Assembly (NCBI GenBank): GCA_965224085.1
Contig: CBDCYI010000009.1
Span: forward strand, 736,001 to 800,000
Direction: 5' to 3'
DNA from: Candidatus Marinacidobacterales bacterium
GTDB taxonomy: Bacteria; Acidobacteriota; Vicinamibacteria; Marinacidobacterales; SMYC01
Length of the DNA stretch: 64,000 nucleotides
A program made the translations under genes and the position numbers. The notes below the pieces were generated by a model that ran no database searches, was not told the DNA's origin, and worked only from the letters and a program-made list of their open reading frames with translations. Of this stretch, positions 60,778-64,000 are shown one piece after another (position 1 is the first letter of the stretch; every line of letters starts with the position of its first letter).

Positions 60778-61292
60778 TCCATCCGTATCGTGGGGAAACA
60801 CCAAACATCCATGAAACGGCTTACATCGCGGACGGCGTCCATGTCATCGGGGACGTCGTCGTCGGCGCCCATACAAGCATCTGGTTCGGCTCGGTGCTTC
60901 GAGGCGACGTGAACTACATTCGCATCGGCGCTCGCACGAACATCCAAGATTTGACGGCCATCCACGTCAACGAAGGGACGAGCCCGACGATCGTGGAAGA
61001 CGATGTCACGGTCGGACATCGGGCCATCCTTCACGGCTGCTGGGTGCGCTCGGGCTCGCTCATTGGTATGGGGGCTATCGTACTCGATGATGTGGTGGTC
61101 GAAGAGCAAGCCTTCGTGGCCGCGGGCGCCGTTGTCAGCCCGGGTACGGTCGTACCTGCGGGAAAGCTCGTGCGCGGCGTTCCAGCCAGAATTGTGCGAG
61201 ACTTGTCGGAAGAGGAGCTCGACCACCTTCGCTATTCGGCAAAGCACTACTTCGATTTGAAAGACGAATATCGAACGCGGAGACAATCTTGA
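60774..61292 (+). CDS. Gamma carbonic anhydrase family (YrdA-like)
   Basis: IGDVVVG..SIWFGSVLRGDVNYIRIGARTNIQD, VGHRAILHGC. Confidence 0.92.
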   Translation: MIHPYRGETPNIHETAYIADGVHVIGDVVVGAHTSIWFGSVLRGDVNYIRIGARTNIQDLTAIHVNEGTSPTIVEDDVTVGHRAILHGCWVRSGSLIGMGAIVLDDVVVEEQAFVAAGAVVSPGTVVPAGKLVRGVPARIVRDLSEEELDHLRYSAKHYFDLKDEYRTRRQS

Positions 61293-63061
61293 ACAGCTGG
61301 CGGAGGACGCATACCTGCGGCGAGCTCGGCGCGCAAGACGTCGGGCAGTCGGTGGTGCTCATGGGGTGGGTGGATGTCGTTCGCGACCTCGGCGGCATCA
61401 CTTTTCTCGAGCTGCGCGATCGTATGGGCGTGACGCAGATTCTGATTAGTCCGTCGTCGGGCGAAGGCGTCAAGGATACCGCCAAGCAAGTGGGCTCAGA
61501 GTGGGTTGTCGCGGTAAAAGGAGAGGTGCTGCGACGCGCCGAGGGTAACATCAACCGAAGCGTCGCGACGGGAGATATAGAAGTGCGTGCGGACAGGATC
61601 GAAGTTCTTTCCGAAGCAAAGACGCCGCCTTTCGAGCTCACCGAGAACGTCAAAGTCAGTGAGGTTTTGCGACTCCGCTACCGCTATCTCGATTTGCGAC
61701 GCGCTCCGATGCGGCGCAATCTCGAAAAACGCAGCAAGCTTGGCTTTGCCGGCCGCGAATATCTGACCCAGCATGGCTTTAACGAGATCGAGACGCCTTT
61801 CTTGACGAAGTCGACGCCCGAGGGGGCGCGCGACTATCTCGTGCCGAGTCGCGTGCACAAAGGCTCGTTCTACGCGCTTCCGCAGTCGCCGCAAATCTTC
61901 AAACAGCTCCTCATGATCTCGGGCATGGAGCGCTATTTTCAGATCGTGCGCTGTTTCAGGGACGAAGATCTCCGCGCCGACCGCCAGCCGGAGTTCACGC
62001 AAATCGATATCGAGATGTCCTTCGTCGAGCCGAGGGATGTCTACAGCCTTGTCGAGGGTCTCTTCGTCCACATGTTTCGGGCGGCCGACGTCGATGGCGT
62101 TATCCGTGCACCGTTCCCCAAGCTGAAATATAACGAGGCGATCGATAGGTACGGCTCGGACAAGCCCGACCTCCGTTTCGGCTGCGAGATTTCCGATCTC
62201 TCCGACATCGTCCGAGGCTCGGGCTACGCGATCTTCGAGAACATCCTCGAAGGCGGCGGGGTCGTGCGCGCCATCGTGGCCAAAGGTTGCGCGGGCTATT
62301 CCCGCAAAGACCTCGACAACTTGGAGGTTTCGGCAAAAGCGCTCGGCGCCAAGGGTCTCGGCTGGGCGCGCTGGACCGAGAGCGAGCTGAAGTCCCCGCT
62401 CGCGCGTCATCTCGGTGACGATCGCATGAAAAAGGCTTTCGAGACCGCGGGCGGCGTCGTCGGCGACCTTCTTCTCATCGTCGCGGGTGATCGCCCCCTC
62501 GCTTCCTCTGTCCTCGGCGGCCTTCGGCTCGAGCTCGCGAAGCGCGAGGGCTGGGTTCAAGAGGGGGGCTTCAAGTTCGTCTGGGTGACCGAGTTTCCAC
62601 TCCTCGAGTACTCGGAGTCCGACGGGCGCTGGTACTCGATGCATCACCCTTTCACTTCGCCTCATCCCGAGGATATGGACCTCATCGAAACGGATCCCGG
62701 CTCCGTGCGCGCGCTGGCTTACGACGTGGTTGCGAACGGCTACGAGCTCGGGGGCGGGAGCATCCGTATCCATAATTCGGGCGTCCAGGAAAAGATCTTC
62801 CGCGCGCTCGGTTTGAGTGACGAGGAGGCGAAGGAGAAATTCGGCTTCTTTCTGGAGGCGCTTCGATACGGCACCCCGCCTCATGGCGGGATTGCGCTCG
62901 GCTTCGACCGCATCGCGATGTTGGCCGTGGGAGGGACGAGCTTGCGGGACGTAATCGCCTTCCCGAAGACGACGTCGGCGCTCGACATGATGACGGGCTC
63001 GCCGTCGGATGTGACCCCCGATCAGCTCGACGAGCTCGGCATTTCCCTCAAAAAGGTCTAG
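61289..63061 (+). CDS. aspS: Aspartate-tRNA ligase
   Basis: RTHTCGEL, TPEGARDYLVPSR, LPQSPQ, FRDEDLRADRQPEFTQ, HHPFT, PPHGGIALGFDR. Confidence 0.97.
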   Translation: MNSWRRTHTCGELGAQDVGQSVVLMGWVDVVRDLGGITFLELRDRMGVTQILISPSSGEGVKDTAKQVGSEWVVAVKGEVLRRAEGNINRSVATGDIEVRADRIEVLSEAKTPPFELTENVKVSEVLRLRYRYLDLRRAPMRRNLEKRSKLGFAGREYLTQHGFNEIETPFLTKSTPEGARDYLVPSRVHKGSFYALPQSPQIFKQLLMISGMERYFQIVRCFRDEDLRADRQPEFTQIDIEMSFVEPRDVYSLVEGLFVHMFRAADVDGVIRAPFPKLKYNEAIDRYGSDKPDLRFGCEISDLSDIVRGSGYAIFENILEGGGVVRAIVAKGCAGYSRKDLDNLEVSAKALGAKGLGWARWTESELKSPLARHLGDDRMKKAFETAGGVVGDLLLIVAGDRPLASSVLGGLRLELAKREGWVQEGGFKFVWVTEFPLLEYSESDGRWYSMHHPFTSPHPEDMDLIETDPGSVRALAYDVVANGYELGGGSIRIHNSGVQEKIFRALGLSDEEAKEKFGFFLEALRYGTPPHGGIALGFDRIAMLAVGGTSLRDVIAFPKTTSALDMMTGSPSDVTPDQLDELGISLKKV

Positions 63062-63162
63062 GCACTAGGAGGCTCCTGAAAAAGTACAACTGACCCGAAT
63101 GGGCCGACAAAACGCCGAGCGAGTGAGTGCTTCGCGAACGAGCCTTTAGGCAAGTCTTTGAT

Positions 63163-63191
63163 TTGACGGGCCTACCGGGCTGTGCTACGTT
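63163..63191 (+). promoter_or_regulatory. Possible sigma-70 promoter for phoH
   Basis: TTGACG-17 bp-TACGTT with an extended TG. Confidence 0.45.
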
Positions 63192-63340
63192 CAGGTGGCA
63201 TTATGCAAGAACTTGCGCGTCATCACTTTTCGCCGGTCGGCGTCGTCAAAACCCCATAATTTGAGAAAACGAGACGCTTTTGCGTTGTCGCATTTTCTGA
63301 AGGATGGAGTTTCCCTGAGGGAGGCAAGCGCTTTCGCTAC

Positions 63341-64000
63341 ATGAAGAAGATTTCGGTTCCCGAGGAAGGGGCGCGCGCCCTTTTCGGCGTTCACGACGAG
63401 AACCTGAAATCCCTCGAGAAATCTCTCGGCGTGCAGATCATAAGCCGCGGCGAGGAGCTTCTCGTCGAGGGCGACAGCGAGCAAGTCGCGAAGCTCGAGA
63501 ACATTTTCGGGCAACTCTCGGGACTCGCGGCGGACGGCCATCGTTTATCGGCGAGCGACCTTCGCATCGCGCTTCGGCTGATACGGCAAGACCCGGAAGT
63601 TTCGCTCCGAGATTACTTTGTCGGTGCCGTGATCTACCCGTCGAAGCACAAGAAGGTGATGCCGCGAAGCCTGCATCAGCTCGCCTATCTCGAGGCGATG
63701 GAGGAGCACGACATCGTTATCGCCATTGGACCGGCCGGCACGGGGAAGACCTACTTGGCGGTGGCGAAGGCGGTCGCAGCGCTCAATCAAAAGAAAGTCA
63801 GCCGCATCGTTCTGGCTCGTCCCGCGGTCGAAGCGGGGGAGAAGCTGGGCTTTCTCCCGGGAGACTTGCAGGAAAAAATCAACCCATATTTGAGGCCGCT
63901 CTACGACGCTCTATATGACGTCATGGATGCCGAGAAAGTGGTGCGGCTCATAGAGCGCGACATCATCGAGATCGCCCCGATCGCCTTCATGCGAGGTCGA
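63341..64000 (+). CDS. phoH: PhoH family ATPase (runs off window)
   Basis: MKKISVPEEG...GPAGTGKTYLA...RPAVEAGEKLGFLPGDL...PYLRPLYDAL...APIAFMRGR. Confidence 0.93.
   Translation, partial: MKKISVPEEGARALFGVHDENLKSLEKSLGVQIISRGEELLVEGDSEQVAKLENIFGQLSGLAADGHRLSASDLRIALRLIRQDPEVSLRDYFVGAVIYPSKHKKVMPRSLHQLAYLEAMEEHDIVIAIGPAGTGKTYLAVAKAVAALNQKKVSRIVLARPAVEAGEKLGFLPGDLQEKINPYLRPLYDALYDVMDAEKVVRLIERDIIEIAPIAFMRGR

Noticed and set aside
19563-62884. Long antisense ORFs opposite real genes (e.g. 19563..20897, 55951..57219, 61496..62884)
   Set aside because: Typical high-GC shadow frames with no protein motifs.

Overview
A GC-rich bacterial chromosome segment. The gene content (aspS-phoH, TonB, many signal-peptide-bearing hydrolases, ABC-permease and Ser/Thr-kinase remnants) is Acidobacteriota-like, but that lineage call is an inference. 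Intact housekeeping and catabolic blocks include tatD-yajQ-polyprenyl synthase, TetR/acyl-CoA dehydrogenase, class I fumarase, fhs, peptidases, fadJ-like, aspS and phoH. They are interleaved with a very dense patchwork of mobile DNA and truncated genes. The mobile DNA comprises three intact IS5/IS903-group copies (none with a target duplication), one intact and one internally deleted IS200, an IS6, remnants of IS3, IS1182, IS1595 and integrase-core transposases, and a decayed phage/satellite remnant integrated at tRNA-Lys(CTT). About twenty 100-600 bp fragments of unrelated genes are also present, many joined without any IS at the junction. The most unusual signals are: (i) short units bounded by a CCCGTCSTGT(G)CCAAAA inverted repeat that enclose gene fragments; (ii) a 145-bp dispersed repeat that truncates trmB, supplies an outward TTGACA -35 box and is itself an IS200 target; (iii) an integrase ORF that ends inside the tRNA target; and (iv) a sigma-54 promoter and small ORF separated from upstream DNA by IS200. 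No CRISPR array or rRNA was seen. All product names come from motif recognition by eye, not database searches.
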